Positions 7,978 through 18,252 of a stretch of DNA of 53,254 nucleotides are shown here, piece after piece. How positions within the stretch are numbered: the first letter of the stretch is position 1; every line of letters begins with the position of its first letter. The notes beneath the pieces were generated by a model. That model had not been told where the DNA came from and made no database searches. It saw nothing but the letters and a program-made list of their open reading frames with translations. A program made the position numbers and the translations under genes. The stretch is taken from the IMG/VR virus record IMGVR_UViG_3300010052_000163, positions 1 to 53,254 of that record; one strand, written 5' to 3'. Source of the stretch: a virus (Duplodnaviria; Caudoviricetes).

Positions 7978-9725
7978 CACAGCACCCAATCGAACAGGAC
8001 GCACCAGTTATGGAGCGCAAAGCCATCGATCGACCGCGCATCGCCAGCCCTGTCGCGCAGGTTGCCAGCCCCGCCGCCATAGGTGCCGAGACCACTTGCT
8101 GCGACGCCATAGCTGATCGTCGCACCGCTATCCGGCGGGCTCGCAAACGTCAGCCGGACCTCGTTGCCGTTAATGACCGCCTGCGCCGTCGGGTGGTTCG
8201 CAGTCACCCCGTCGCCCATGACGCACGAAAATCCGTTACGGGTCTGCGCGGCGACGAGCGTCGTGTCGAATTCGAGACCGGTCTTGTTGAAGGTCATGAC
8301 AACGGTATTGCCGAGCACGCGCGACGCGATCGGGCGCAGGGGTTCGAACTTCACGCCCGCCGCCCACTGAGCAATTGCCTCACCGAAATAGCCGCCCATG
8401 TGGCGTTCGGCCGCCGAAACAATGTGCTTATCGTCGTAATACTCGAACTGGTACATCGGGCAGGCGAGGACGATCAGCGGGCTTTCGAGCGATGCGGCAA
8501 GGTGGGCCAGGCCGATCGGCCGACCGATCGATCCGAGCTGATACGAAACCGTCGGAATGCGCTTCGCCTGCGCCGTCGCCGCGCGAAGGTCGGCGTCGAT
8601 GTCAGTGGCGAACTCCTTGAACAGTCCCTTATACGTGGCGGGATCGGTAGGCACCAAGGCGTCGCTTTCGCCCTGCGCGAAGATGACCGCCAGAACGCCA
8701 GACGTTTCGCCCGTCAGCGGGCCAAGAGCCGCCGCCTGCGCGACGGCAGAATCATAATAGACCGTCCCCTGATTGATCTGATCGAGGCGCCGGCCATCAT
8801 AGCCATTGTTGGCGATGACAATGCGGCTGCGCGTCGTCAGATAGGAAATATTGTGATCGCGGTTGAGCGCGTCGCGAAACTGCTTGGCGCATCCGAGCCC
8901 AGACCATTCGCCTCGGACAATAGGAGTGTCTCGCTGGCTGTTGGCCGTGGTCGCTGGAAGCAGCGTGTCTGGATCAGCGGGATAGGCCGGGAAGCAAACG
9001 GTATCATATTCCTGCGCCGTCGTGATCGGGGTTTCGCCGTTCGTGTCGGTCTGCGAGCCCTCCATGAGCGACTGGCCCATTCCGATGACCATCATATTCG
9101 CCCACGGCAGATCGACAGACGTCGGGCGCGGACTGACGTTTTCGGTGATCTCGGCAATCTCAAAGCGGATCGAGAACGGATAAATCTGGATCGTTGCCGC
9201 ATCCGTGAAAGGCACGGTAGCGCCGGTGTACCAGCCGCCACCCGGATCAGGGCCGCCGGTGATCTGGAATCGCACGGTCGGGTCGACAACCTCGACGCCG
9301 ATCAGTTCGTCCTCGCCCTTTTCAAGCACGAGCGGGATTGTCTGAACGCCCGAACCCGGCACCTCGACGGCGACATAGCGCACCCGGTCGAACACATCTC
9401 CGGTCTTGGTGTATACGCCGACGTTGAGCGTTCCCGCGCCGACGGAATCGAGTTCGACCGACAACACGTAACCGCGGCCCTGCGTCGTCGGCCAGACATA
9501 GTGCGAGGCGTCGGCAGTGTTCGTGCCTGTCGGAACTGGCGTGGTCGGATAGACGATGTGGCTGATTGTGCCGAGTTGGCGGGCGATGTCCGCGGCTGCG
9601 CGGGTCGAGGTGTCTGCCGATACCTCCGCATCCGCTGCGAACCGCGCCGCTCGCGCAAGCTGCGAAGATCCCGGCGCCAGAACGATTGGTGCGCCAACGC
9701 GCTTGATGACGATCGCGCGCGTCAT
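7977..9725 (-). CDS. Tail spike/receptor-binding protein with SGNH (SASA-like) O-acetylesterase domain
   Basis: GMGQSLMEG, AQGESD, DDKH motifs; last gene of tail module. Confidence 0.72.
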   Translation of the reverse strand: MTRAIVIKRVGAPIVLAPGSSQLARAARFAADAEVSADTSTRAAADIARQLGTISHIVYPTTPVPTGTNTADASHYVWPTTQGRGYVLSVELDSVGAGTLNVGVYTKTGDVFDRVRYVAVEVPGSGVQTIPLVLEKGEDELIGVEVVDPTVRFQITGGPDPGGGWYTGATVPFTDAATIQIYPFSIRFEIAEITENVSPRPTSVDLPWANMMVIGMGQSLMEGSQTDTNGETPITTAQEYDTVCFPAYPADPDTLLPATTANSQRDTPIVRGEWSGLGCAKQFRDALNRDHNISYLTTRSRIVIANNGYDGRRLDQINQGTVYYDSAVAQAAALGPLTGETSGVLAVIFAQGESDALVPTDPATYKGLFKEFATDIDADLRAATAQAKRIPTVSYQLGSIGRPIGLAHLAASLESPLIVLACPMYQFEYYDDKHIVSAAERHMGGYFGEAIAQWAAGVKFEPLRPIASRVLGNTVVMTFNKTGLEFDTTLVAAQTRNGFSCVMGDGVTANHPTAQAVINGNEVRLTFASPPDSGATISYGVAASGLGTYGGGAGNLRDRAGDARSIDGFALHNWCVLFDWVL

Positions 9726-10147
9726 ATCGTGACCCCCGGATTGATGATGAATTTGCCCTGCGAGACGATCCGCTTGGGAGCGCCGGACGGCGTGATGTGG
9801 AGGTCATAGTAAAGGACCACTGGCTCATCGGTCGGCGTGCCCAGAGACAGGGCTTCAAGCGTGGCCTCGTCGACCTGGATCAGGACAAGGGAGGCGGGGC
9901 CAGTCTGTTCTGTTCCGGTCTCGTCGACATAGACATAAGCCGGATCATAGGTGACGCTGATGCCCTGAGTTCCTGCCGTTGCGCCAGCCAAGCTCAGAAT
10001 CGGCGTGTCAGTGTCGCCGGGATTATTGCGGACATGCATCGCATAGGCGCCGCCCGAATAATCCTCGCCAATAAACACAATGGTAGCGCCGTCCTCGTCA
10101 ATGAACGGGACGCGCTTGTCGGCTTCTAGATCGATGGTGACCGCCAT
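9722..10147 (-). CDS. Tail tip/baseplate adaptor-like protein
   Basis: YYDLHIT...SQGKFIINPGVT; lies between central tail protein and spike. Confidence 0.6.
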   Translation of the reverse strand: MAVTIDLEADKRVPFIDEDGATIVFIGEDYSGGAYAMHVRNNPGDTDTPILSLAGATAGTQGISVTYDPAYVYVDETGTEQTGPASLVLIQVDEATLEALSLGTPTDEPVVLYYDLHITPSGAPKRIVSQGKFIINPGVTI

Positions 10148-10187
10148 GCCGGAACACTAGGCAGGGGGTCTCTATTCGTTACCGCCG

Positions 10188-12521
10188 TCAGGAGCCGGTG
10201 ACCGTCACCGTGCCGATGAAGCTGACATCGCGCGCGCCGTCCGTCAGGTCCGATCGCGCAGCATGGAGCTCGACCTCATGGTCGGTGCTCGCGGTCAATC
10301 CGGTCACGCTGTCGGCAACGTCGATCTGGCCTGTCGAGCGGATATAGCGGTCGAGGCCAGCGTCATAAAACAGGTTGAGCGAGGTCGTGTCATCGATCGC
10401 CGAGCCGATCCATGTCCACGATCCCGACGGCAATTCACGATAGCGCCATTGCGCGTTGACCGCGAACGTGCCTTCGGGCGCGGCCTTGGCTCCGGTCGTG
10501 GCGAGGATACCCGAAAAGTCGATTTGCCCGCCAGTGCCCGTCTTGACAGGGATCGCCGCGGTGATCGCGATCAACGATGTGCCCGACACGCTCGAGAATG
10601 TGCTGACATTGCCCGCGCCGCCACCGCCCGTTCCAGTGGTCGAAGGCGGGGCATTGGTGATGCCGAGCGTCACGTCGGTAATCAGGTCGAGGGAATTGCG
10701 GACTGACTTCACGCGGATCAGCGCATATCCCGGAGAAATGACACACCCGCTCGGAATCGTCAGCACGCCATCGGCAACCGTCGGTGCGGTGCCGCTGATC
10801 CCTTCGGTGTAGAGGATAGACCAGACCGTGCCGGCGTCGGTGCTGACGTCATCGGAGCCCTCGAAACGCTGGATAAGCAGGGTTTCGGGTAGCTGGTCGG
10901 ATGGATCGAGCACGCCCGCCGAGTTCCCGGCGAACATGATGGCAGTCGCGGTTGGTTCCTGCCGCGAGTTGGCCTCGTCGATGCCCTGAATGATCGGGTT
11001 GAGCGTCGTGTCATAGACAGACGGATCGGCGGGCGTGACCTCGGGCGCCTCTTCCTCGTCCCAAGCGTAGATGGCCGCGTTTTCCTCGCGCAGCATGACC
11101 GGGCAGGTTCCGTCGACCCGGTGCTCCATCTCGGCAACGCGGAACAGTTTTTCGGTCCATCCAAGGCGGCTGAATGTGAGCGGGATGACCATGTTCTTTT
11201 GGAGCAGCCACCCGCGCGCGTTGAAAACGGTCGTGAACTCGCCGCCATATTGCTGACGCTGGAGGCGCTGCTTTGCCAGCCGCTGCCATTGCGACGGCGA
11301 TTGCACGAGCGCCAGGTCGAACTGGTCGAAGCGATCGATGCCGTCCCGGCTGTCGATCTCGACCTGAGGCGCATCGATAAGCTGATAGAGAGAAACGTCG
11401 CGCGGGTCGGTATAGGAGCCCCGAACGATGTTGAAGCTGTCGGACAGCGCCGGCGTCTGGACCCAGCGAAAGCCCTCGACCATATCCTCGTCGGAGAAGG
11501 TCGGCCCCGGGTCGGCAAGATCGTTGTGGAACACCGTAAGCCGGAATTTGCCGCCCACGTCGTCGAGGTCGGCATTCATCGCGGCTTTCAGATTGTCGAT
11601 GACGTTGGTCGGATCATCTCCATCGGAAAACACGCCGTCGGCACGATAGCGCGGCTCCGAACCGCCGGCGGCAAGTGAGACGGATTCGTCGCACAGGTTT
11701 GCGGCCGTGATGAAGCTTTCAAGGTCGATGCGATTTGCAGGGATGCCGCAACCGATCGACACGATGCCATTGATGCGCCAGCCGAGCAGATACCAGAGCA
11801 AGAGCAGCGCCGGGTTGCGGCTTGCGTTGTCGTCCCATGTCCACGTCGATTGATCGTCGGCGCGGTGCGCGCCCGATCCGCCGATGACGGTGCTATCTAG
11901 GCGCGGGTCATAGACATAGGCGCCCTCGGTCCTGATCGTGAAGCGCGTCGGGATGGACTGGGCGAAGGGGCTATCGGTCTTTTTCGAGTTGCCCGTCAGC
12001 TTGTAGCGCAGATAGACGTAAGCGCAGCCGGTGTAGCGCCGCGTCGTGCCCATTCGCGCGCTGATATTGATCGCATTGCCAGACGTTCCTTCAAGGATCG
12101 GCGTGACGGTGAGATAGCCGGCATATTCGCCCTGAGCGCCGCCAGCCAGCGTCCACGCCTTCTTGTCGTCGAACCAGATTTCGGTGATTTCGTGGACCTT
12201 GTGCGCGGCCACGACGATGAAGCGATGCAGATAGGTCTGGCTGTCCGTATATTCCTGATCGCGAATGTCGGTGTTGCCCGCCGTGATGCCGAACACGCCC
12301 TTGCGCGGGGTGCGGGGGTCGATGCTGGCGTTGAGGCGGTCGAGGCTTGTCCGGTCAACCTGAGGGGCTTTCGGGCGTTTTTGGAGCAGCGATGCGCCGA
12401 TAGATGCGCCGACCGAAATGGCGCCGAGCAATGCCGCAGAAATACCAAGGCTGGCTCCGAGTGTAACGGCCGCCGCCGCGACGGACGCGATGACGGCGAC
12501 AATCTTGAGAATCTTACTCAA
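10188..12521 (-). CDS. Central tail/host-specificity protein (TipJ-like)
   Basis: VYDPR, NPALLLLWYL, IDLESFITAANLCDE, RYRADG; position. Confidence 0.85.
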   Translation of the reverse strand: MSKILKIVAVIASVAAAAVTLGASLGISAALLGAISVGASIGASLLQKRPKAPQVDRTSLDRLNASIDPRTPRKGVFGITAGNTDIRDQEYTDSQTYLHRFIVVAAHKVHEITEIWFDDKKAWTLAGGAQGEYAGYLTVTPILEGTSGNAINISARMGTTRRYTGCAYVYLRYKLTGNSKKTDSPFAQSIPTRFTIRTEGAYVYDPRLDSTVIGGSGAHRADDQSTWTWDDNASRNPALLLLWYLLGWRINGIVSIGCGIPANRIDLESFITAANLCDESVSLAAGGSEPRYRADGVFSDGDDPTNVIDNLKAAMNADLDDVGGKFRLTVFHNDLADPGPTFSDEDMVEGFRWVQTPALSDSFNIVRGSYTDPRDVSLYQLIDAPQVEIDSRDGIDRFDQFDLALVQSPSQWQRLAKQRLQRQQYGGEFTTVFNARGWLLQKNMVIPLTFSRLGWTEKLFRVAEMEHRVDGTCPVMLREENAAIYAWDEEEAPEVTPADPSVYDTTLNPIIQGIDEANSRQEPTATAIMFAGNSAGVLDPSDQLPETLLIQRFEGSDDVSTDAGTVWSILYTEGISGTAPTVADGVLTIPSGCVISPGYALIRVKSVRNSLDLITDVTLGITNAPPSTTGTGGGGAGNVSTFSSVSGTSLIAITAAIPVKTGTGGQIDFSGILATTGAKAAPEGTFAVNAQWRYRELPSGSWTWIGSAIDDTTSLNLFYDAGLDRYIRSTGQIDVADSVTGLTASTDHEVELHAARSDLTDGARDVSFIGTVTVTGS

Positions 12522-12921
12522 CGCGCCAGCCCCCGACCCATTCGGCGCGCGGGATGCGGATCAGCCCTTCCCTATCCCCTTCCTGTCCGACGAACAGCGC
12601 ATAGGCTCCCATGCAGACGCCAACCGCCTCGCCGTTCCAGACGCCATCCCCGCGTTGCAGGCGCCCGACCGGACATGGCTCGAAAATGCCGTCGATCGTC
12701 GATTTCAGATCACCGGCGCCGAAGCGTTTCAAAGCCTTCGCGGCACCAAGGTCGGTCGTATATTTGCCGCGGAACGGCTCGCCCGGATCGAAGTCGGTCA
12801 TGGCTTTCACCGCGCCGGCAAAGAACAGCCCGCAATCGTGCTCGCCATAGGCGTAGGGCTTGCCCCGCATCGAAGCGATATAAGCCGAAAGATCGGACTC
12901 CCATGTCGATCGGCGGGTCAT
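12514..12921 (-). CDS. NlpC/P60-like tail tip protein
   Basis: PYAYGEHDCGLF...AMTDFDP..FRGKY, LQRGD; ATGA coupling at 12918-12921. Confidence 0.8.
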   Translation of the reverse strand: MTRRSTWESDLSAYIASMRGKPYAYGEHDCGLFFAGAVKAMTDFDPGEPFRGKYTTDLGAAKALKRFGAGDLKSTIDGIFEPCPVGRLQRGDGVWNGEAVGVCMGAYALFVGQEGDREGLIRIPRAEWVGGWRVE

Positions 12922-13580
12922 CGGTTGTTGATCCTGTTCCAAGGATTCCCGCCTCGACCGCCACCGCCTCCGCTGCCCATCGGGGTGTTGGGCGTGTTGC
13001 CGGACGTGCCGGACACGCCGTTCGCAATGGCAATGGCCGCGCGCGCCGACTGATCGCCCGAATCGTAGCGACTTTGGTCGAGATAGGTGCGGTTCGGCGC
13101 GGTCGAAAATGCGGCCAGATAGGTTTCGACGGTGACGGTGATCGTCTGCCCCTCTTCGCCGCCACCAATCTCGAGAGAGGTCATGTAGCCCGTATAATAG
13201 GGCTGAAACCCGCCTTGCTGGACGTTCGATGCGTCTCGGATGACGCGCCAGAGCCGAGCAAGGCGCCCCTGCCAGTTGGCCGGATCGCCGAGCAGGTTCA
13301 GCGTGTCGCCGTCGACTTCCGGCAGGCCCGACAAGGTGGCCGTGACCGATTCCGTGCCTTGGTCCGAAACCTTCACCGACGAGATGTCGACGAACATGTG
13401 ACCGATGCCGATAAACAGCGCGTCGTCGAGGTCGGCGTCGCCTGTCGCGGTCGGCGTGATGTCGTGGCCAGACGAGTTCGCACGCACCGGATCGGTGTCG
13501 ATGTCGAGGAAGGCGAAGAATACCGGCTTGATGACCTCGGCTTCGATCGCGGCCGCAGCCGTGCTGTCGGGAACGCTCAC
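12918..13580 (-). CDS. Minor tail (hub) protein
   Basis: TLSGLP, WQGR, YYTGYM, DQSRYDSGD; GTG start coupled to upstream stop. Confidence 0.75.
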   Translation of the reverse strand: MSVPDSTAAAAIEAEVIKPVFFAFLDIDTDPVRANSSGHDITPTATGDADLDDALFIGIGHMFVDISSVKVSDQGTESVTATLSGLPEVDGDTLNLLGDPANWQGRLARLWRVIRDASNVQQGGFQPYYTGYMTSLEIGGGEEGQTITVTVETYLAAFSTAPNRTYLDQSRYDSGDQSARAAIAIANGVSGTSGNTPNTPMGSGGGGGRGGNPWNRINNR

Positions 13581-14179
13581 AGCGCTTCCTCGAGATTGAA
13601 GCCGATGCCCGCGACGGCCTGCTCCCAATTGATCGTGACGCGCGGATCCGAATTGCAGACCGGAATGAAGGGCTCGGCAGTTTCGACCGTGGCATTGTCC
13701 GCCGGGATTTCGCCAAGTTCGATGTTGAGCTGAGCCGTCGCCTGTCCCGATGCGTCGGTGATGAGATCAGCCGCCAGCATGACCAGCCGGTTATGGCCAG
13801 ACGGCAGCGGCACGGTCATGTAATGGCCGGCGGACAGGATGCGCGTCGATGGCTGCATCCCGTCGAGAGGCAGGGTATAGCCCGCCGCCGACGCCGCATT
13901 GACCAATGGCTTGCCGCCGACATGACGCTGGCGGGGCATGGGATAATTGAAATGGTTCTGCCGACCGCGAAGGTTGAACAGGAACGCGCGCCACGGCCGC
14001 TCTTCATCCTCGGTCGCCAATGGCTCAAGCGAGAATGACGCCATCCACATTTCCGCGCCGGGCAGACCGACGACCTTGCGCCGACGTGTCCAGATCGAGC
14101 GATTTTGCTGGTCCGGCACGTCGAGCGTCAGGCTATTGAGGATCAGCGCCTCGGTGTCGGGAACGGTGAGCAGCGCCAT
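13577..14179 (-). CDS. Distal tail-like protein
   Basis: WRAFLFNLRGRQNHF; follows tape measure gene. Confidence 0.7.
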   Translation of the reverse strand: MALLTVPDTEALILNSLTLDVPDQQNRSIWTRRRKVVGLPGAEMWMASFSLEPLATEDEERPWRAFLFNLRGRQNHFNYPMPRQRHVGGKPLVNAASAAGYTLPLDGMQPSTRILSAGHYMTVPLPSGHNRLVMLAADLITDASGQATAQLNIELGEIPADNATVETAEPFIPVCNSDPRVTINWEQAVAGIGFNLEEAL

Positions 14180-14223
14180 GGCACCGGAACGCTATGGCGT
14201 GGGCTGGTATTTGCTTACCGCCG

Positions 14224-17088
14224 TTAGCGTCCGGCGCCCGGCATACGCGGCCTCGACAAGCGGCGCTGTGTCTCCTGCGCGGCGCCTTCAACCATGCTCG
14301 GATATGCCGCGCGCGTCACTTCAAGCGAAACGCCTGTCGCCTCGGTGCGGATCGTCGACAGGAAGTTTGGCCCCTCTTCGATGATGACCCGAACCACGCC
14401 GCCTTGCGCGCCAGCTTGCGCCACGCGCTGGTTGACCTGCCCGAGCGGGATGACGGTGCCGCCCTGCGATCCCATGCGAAGATACTCAGCGCCGCCGGCT
14501 TGTTCGTTGACGCGCACCGTCTGTCCAGGGGCGACATAGCCACCCGATGCACGGCCGAAGAGCCCACCCTTCCCGTATATGATATTGTCGATCTTGCTGC
14601 TTTCACCGGCAACAATGTTGCCAGAACCGCCCGACACTGGACCGCCCCCGAACAGGCTTCCAATCCCCGAAAGGATCGACCCGAATATCCCACCCCCGCC
14701 AGACTGCCCCTTGCGGAGCGCCTCGGCGAGCGGCTGGAAAATCACCTGATCGAGGAAGATCGAAAACAGGTCTTTGACAAACTGGTTCTTGATGCCGAGT
14801 TGCTTGGTGAGCGCGTCGGTGATGCCGTCGTTCACGGATTGGAGTTCGCGGACGATGGCTTCTTCGGTGCGCTTTTTGGTGTCCGAGATGTCGTCGATGT
14901 AGCGGCCGAGCGCTCCCTGATTGGCTTTCTCCACGACGGCCCGCCGCGTCGGTGCGCTCGAATTGAGCGCGTCGAGTTCGATGCGTGCTTGCTGCCGAAC
15001 GGCGTCGGTCAGATCCTTGTTTGCAATGACCGCCTCGAGCTTCGACCGCAGATAAGCATCCTCGGCGTCGAGAATTTCGAGCGCAATCCGGCGGCGCTCG
15101 TCGTCGGTTTTCGCAAGGTCGAATTGATCGCGAAGGGAGTCAGATGCAGCGCGATTCTTGGCCTCGGCAATGCTGTTCTCTTCGTCGAAAAGCTGGAGCC
15201 GTTCGTCGCGATTGACGCGCTCGATCTCGAAGTCGGCCAATCGATCGACTTGCTTTTTCAGCACCTCCTTTTGCGCGGCGGTGTAATTTTTCTCGGCGTC
15301 GATCGAATTGATGGCTTGGCGACGCGCGAGTTCCACGCCGGTCCGCTCAAGGTCCGCACGCTCCTTCGCGCTCGTAGCCAGCGACTGGCGAGCCGAAAGG
15401 GTTTGCTGTCCGATGCTGATCAGCTCGTCGTTGAAGCGCTGTTCGATTTCGGATGCGGTGGGGCCGGATGGGCCGCCTCCGCCGCTGCCACGCTTTTTCC
15501 CACCGCCGCCCGTTCCCGCAGCGGCAAGTGCCGGGGCCTTCGCGCCCTCTCCGATCGCAGCCGAAAGGCCATCGACCTCGCCCTCAAGCGCGGCAATCTT
15601 GCGTTCGGACTCGTCTAGCTTCTTTTGCGCGGCGCTGACATTCAAGTCGATTTTGTTGGCGCGCGCCGTTCCTGGCGTGATCGTCGGGCCCGCACCGCCG
15701 GCACCGCCAAGACCACGGCCAATCGTCGCTAGAAAGCCAGTGTCGCCCGCCGAGTTCTCATAGATTTTTCGGGCTTGCGCGCGGGCTGCCACCAAAGCTG
15801 CTTTAGCCTCGGCCTGCAATGCCTTCGCCGTCTGCAAGGCCTGAGCGGCCCGATCTCGGCTCGCCCGCGTCGCCTCGATCTGCGCAGCCTTTTCAGCACC
15901 TTTAGCCGCCGCCAAGAGTTCAGTTGCGCGCTTTTCCGTGTCCTGCGCCGACGCTGTGCGTATAGCCTGAAGCTCCGCCTCTTTCGCAGCGCGTGCGGCC
16001 TCTTCAGTGTTGGCGACGAGATAGCCGATGCCGATCACAAGCGCCGTGATTGCCACGCCAACCGTCCCCCCGAATGCTGCCAGCAATGCACGACCAGCCA
16101 CCGCAGACGTGCCCGCCAATGTCACTGCGGCCCCGGACGCCGCCAGCAATGCCAACCGCGCGCTGACTGCATTCGTTACCAGCCCGACGCCGAGCCCAAG
16201 TGCGATCGTAGCAAGCGCAGGAATTAACGTGTCCAGATTGTCGGCAAGAAGCTTGATCGCCCCGGCCAGCACAGCCGTAGTTCCGCTCGCCTGGGCAGAC
16301 TGCCCGATATAGACGGTCAATTGCGACGTCAGCGCCTCGAAGGCGCCGGCAAGCGTAAGGGTGGCCTTCGATGCTTTGGCGTCCAACTGGTCGGCGCCGC
16401 CGAGAATGGCCTGAAAGAATTCCTGCGAAGAGACCTTGCCCGCAGTAACGGCGATCCGAAGCTTGGCGACCGATCCGCCAAACCGCTCGGTATTCGCCGC
16501 GACCTGCAACAGCGGACGAAGGCCGCCTTCATTGATCTGGTTGAATTCTTCGGCTCGGACCACGCCAGATGCCAGCGCTTGCGTCAGACCGAGCAAGGCG
16601 CCCTGCGCCGCGGTCGCCGACGTGCCGGTGATCTTGAGCGCCTGCGAGCTGGCCTCGGTCAACTGGACAAGCTGCTGCTGCGAGGCGCCAAGTTCCTGCG
16701 CCGTCTGCGAGGTCTTGCCGTAGAGGTCGGCCAGCCCTTCGATGCTGACGCCATATTTCGTCGACAGGGCGAGCAACTGCGATTGCACCTGTTCGAGCTG
16801 CGCGCCTTCGAGGCCAGCGACTTTCAGGCTGTTTTGCAACCGCGTGAAGCCGTCAATCAGTCCCACCAGTTCGCGCCCGGTGAAATATGTGCCGAGCGTC
16901 CCCGCGAGCCCGCGCAACGATGCGCTGATCGCGCCGGACGATTTGCGCATTTGCGCTTCAAGTCGCTGAGCCGACTTTTCCTGATTGCCGAGCAGGCGCT
17001 GGACCTGGCTGGTCGTAGAGGCGAGGTCAGCACGATATTTGCCAAGGTCTGCGCGCAGTTCGAGGATGACGGGATCGATCTCGGCCAT
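14224..17088 (-). CDS. Tape measure protein
   Basis: 954 aa, Ala-rich helical; QALASGVVRAEEFNQINE; C-terminal RASGGYV...VNE. Confidence 0.93.
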   Translation of the reverse strand: MAEIDPVILELRADLGKYRADLASTTSQVQRLLGNQEKSAQRLEAQMRKSSGAISASLRGLAGTLGTYFTGRELVGLIDGFTRLQNSLKVAGLEGAQLEQVQSQLLALSTKYGVSIEGLADLYGKTSQTAQELGASQQQLVQLTEASSQALKITGTSATAAQGALLGLTQALASGVVRAEEFNQINEGGLRPLLQVAANTERFGGSVAKLRIAVTAGKVSSQEFFQAILGGADQLDAKASKATLTLAGAFEALTSQLTVYIGQSAQASGTTAVLAGAIKLLADNLDTLIPALATIALGLGVGLVTNAVSARLALLAASGAAVTLAGTSAVAGRALLAAFGGTVGVAITALVIGIGYLVANTEEAARAAKEAELQAIRTASAQDTEKRATELLAAAKGAEKAAQIEATRASRDRAAQALQTAKALQAEAKAALVAARAQARKIYENSAGDTGFLATIGRGLGGAGGAGPTITPGTARANKIDLNVSAAQKKLDESERKIAALEGEVDGLSAAIGEGAKAPALAAAGTGGGGKKRGSGGGGPSGPTASEIEQRFNDELISIGQQTLSARQSLATSAKERADLERTGVELARRQAINSIDAEKNYTAAQKEVLKKQVDRLADFEIERVNRDERLQLFDEENSIAEAKNRAASDSLRDQFDLAKTDDERRRIALEILDAEDAYLRSKLEAVIANKDLTDAVRQQARIELDALNSSAPTRRAVVEKANQGALGRYIDDISDTKKRTEEAIVRELQSVNDGITDALTKQLGIKNQFVKDLFSIFLDQVIFQPLAEALRKGQSGGGGIFGSILSGIGSLFGGGPVSGGSGNIVAGESSKIDNIIYGKGGLFGRASGGYVAPGQTVRVNEQAGGAEYLRMGSQGGTVIPLGQVNQRVAQAGAQGGVVRVIIEEGPNFLSTIRTEATGVSLEVTRAAYPSMVEGAAQETQRRLSRPRMPGAGR

Positions 17089-17089
17089 A

Positions 17090-17332
17090 TCAGGTCACCT
17101 TCTTTTCGGCATTGAAAACCTTAAGCATCTGCTCGCGAAACTCGGGCGAAGCTGGCTCATGCTTGGCGCCCTTTGGATCCTGCGCCTCGTTGTGCGCCTC
17201 CAAGGCCTCGAAATATCCGGACAGGGACAGGCGCGACCAATCGAGATGCATGGCGCCGCAATTGGAAATGACATGCCCCTTGATCAGGGCCTCATTGCCG
17301 TTCGTTATTCGGCGGGATCGCTGTTTTTTTTT
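17090..17332 (-). CDS. Tail chaperone -1 frameshift extension (gpT-like)
   Basis: -1 frame opens across the A9 run; LDWSRLSLSGYFEALEAHNEA; stops 2 nt before the tape measure start. Confidence 0.75.
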   Translation of the reverse strand, partial: KKKQRSRRITNGNEALIKGHVISNCGAMHLDWSRLSLSGYFEALEAHNEAQDPKGAKHEPASPEFREQMLKVFNAEKKVT

Positions 17333-17736
17333 AAGTCGATGCCGACGATAGCGGCATGAAGAATCTTCCACGCGGTCGCGGCGACCTCGGACAGCGGGCG
17401 CTCGGGATAGCCATAGAGTTCGACCAATTGACCGGCGCGCACAGGGCCAACCTCGCCATCTGGTCCATTGTTGCCGCCGATCAGGCCAAGCCGGATAACC
17501 TCGTTGCAGTCGCGCGCGGGGACCGATGCCCCGCCGATAAAGACCAGCTTGCCATCAGCATCCTTGCCGAAGCCCGCGCCGATCTCTTCATAGATCGTGA
17601 ACAGAGATTTTGGGTGAGCCTTGCCTTCGCGATCCTGCATACCGCACTTGCGCTCAAGCTCGATCGCCTGAGGCATGGGAAGCCAAGCGGTATAGGTCTC
17701 GCCGCCGAAGAGGATTTCAGTCGCGGTGTCCGGCAT
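17305..17736 (-). CDS. Tail assembly chaperone (gpG/GTA gp10-like)
   Basis: ELERKCG, EVIRLGLIGG; ends ...DLKKN at slippery site. Confidence 0.82.
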   Translation of the reverse strand: MPDTATEILFGGETYTAWLPMPQAIELERKCGMQDREGKAHPKSLFTIYEEIGAGFGKDADGKLVFIGGASVPARDCNEVIRLGLIGGNNGPDGEVGPVRAGQLVELYGYPERPLSEVAATAWKILHAAIVGIDLKKNSDPAE

Positions 17737-17739
17737 AGG

Positions 17740-18252
17740 TCACGCCGCGACGGTGCGGCCGACGATCACGATGTCATAGGTGACCGACGTCGAGCCCGCG
17801 CTGTTGGCGATGTTGAGAAGGTCACCGGTCGCCGCGGTTACCGGCCATCCCGATTGCGACGCGAGCAGTGCGAACTCCCCCGGCTTGACCGAAATGCCGT
17901 CCGAAGCGGCGAGGAACGGCCCTGCGAAGCCATTGGAAGCTGGGCGCGTGACGTTGACGTTGTTCGTATTGCCAGACGCGGCACTGACGAAGATCGCGAC
18001 AATCTCCGCGGCGGTGATCGTCGAGCCGAATGCGCTGGCGAGCACTCCCGCAAGGTCCAGGTCTTCGTTCGCCGACGCGGCGAGCGTGCGCTGGTCCGAA
18101 AAGAGAATGTCCGCCTTGTTCGTGGCATCGGTGCCAGGAACCAGAGAAAGCTCCTTGCCGATCGACACGCGCATCTTCGGCGCGCCAAGGTCTGCCGATC
18201 CGGTGTCCGTCAGGTCAAGCGTGACCGCGATGTCGCCACGAACGCCGGCCAT
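17740..18252 (-). CDS. Virion-associated beta-rich protein
   Basis: Between tube and chaperone genes; Ala/Thr/Gly-rich. Confidence 0.65.
   Translation of the reverse strand: MAGVRGDIAVTLDLTDTGSADLGAPKMRVSIGKELSLVPGTDATNKADILFSDQRTLAASANEDLDLAGVLASAFGSTITAAEIVAIFVSAASGNTNNVNVTRPASNGFAGPFLAASDGISVKPGEFALLASQSGWPVTAATGDLLNIANSAGSTSVTYDIVIVGRTVAA

Noticed and set aside
8010-9809. 599-aa plus-strand ORF
   Set aside because: Arg-rich shadow antisense to the tail spike; no motifs.
7977-12521. Diversity-generating retroelement or invertible tail cassette
   Set aside because: No reverse transcriptase, template/variable repeat pair or invertase seen.
12514-13716. 400-aa ORF as a single gene
   Set aside because: Only 12514-12921 is protein-like; the rest overlaps the hub gene out of frame.
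12192-13733. 513-aa plus-strand ORF
   Set aside because: Antisense shadow of tail genes in high-GC DNA.
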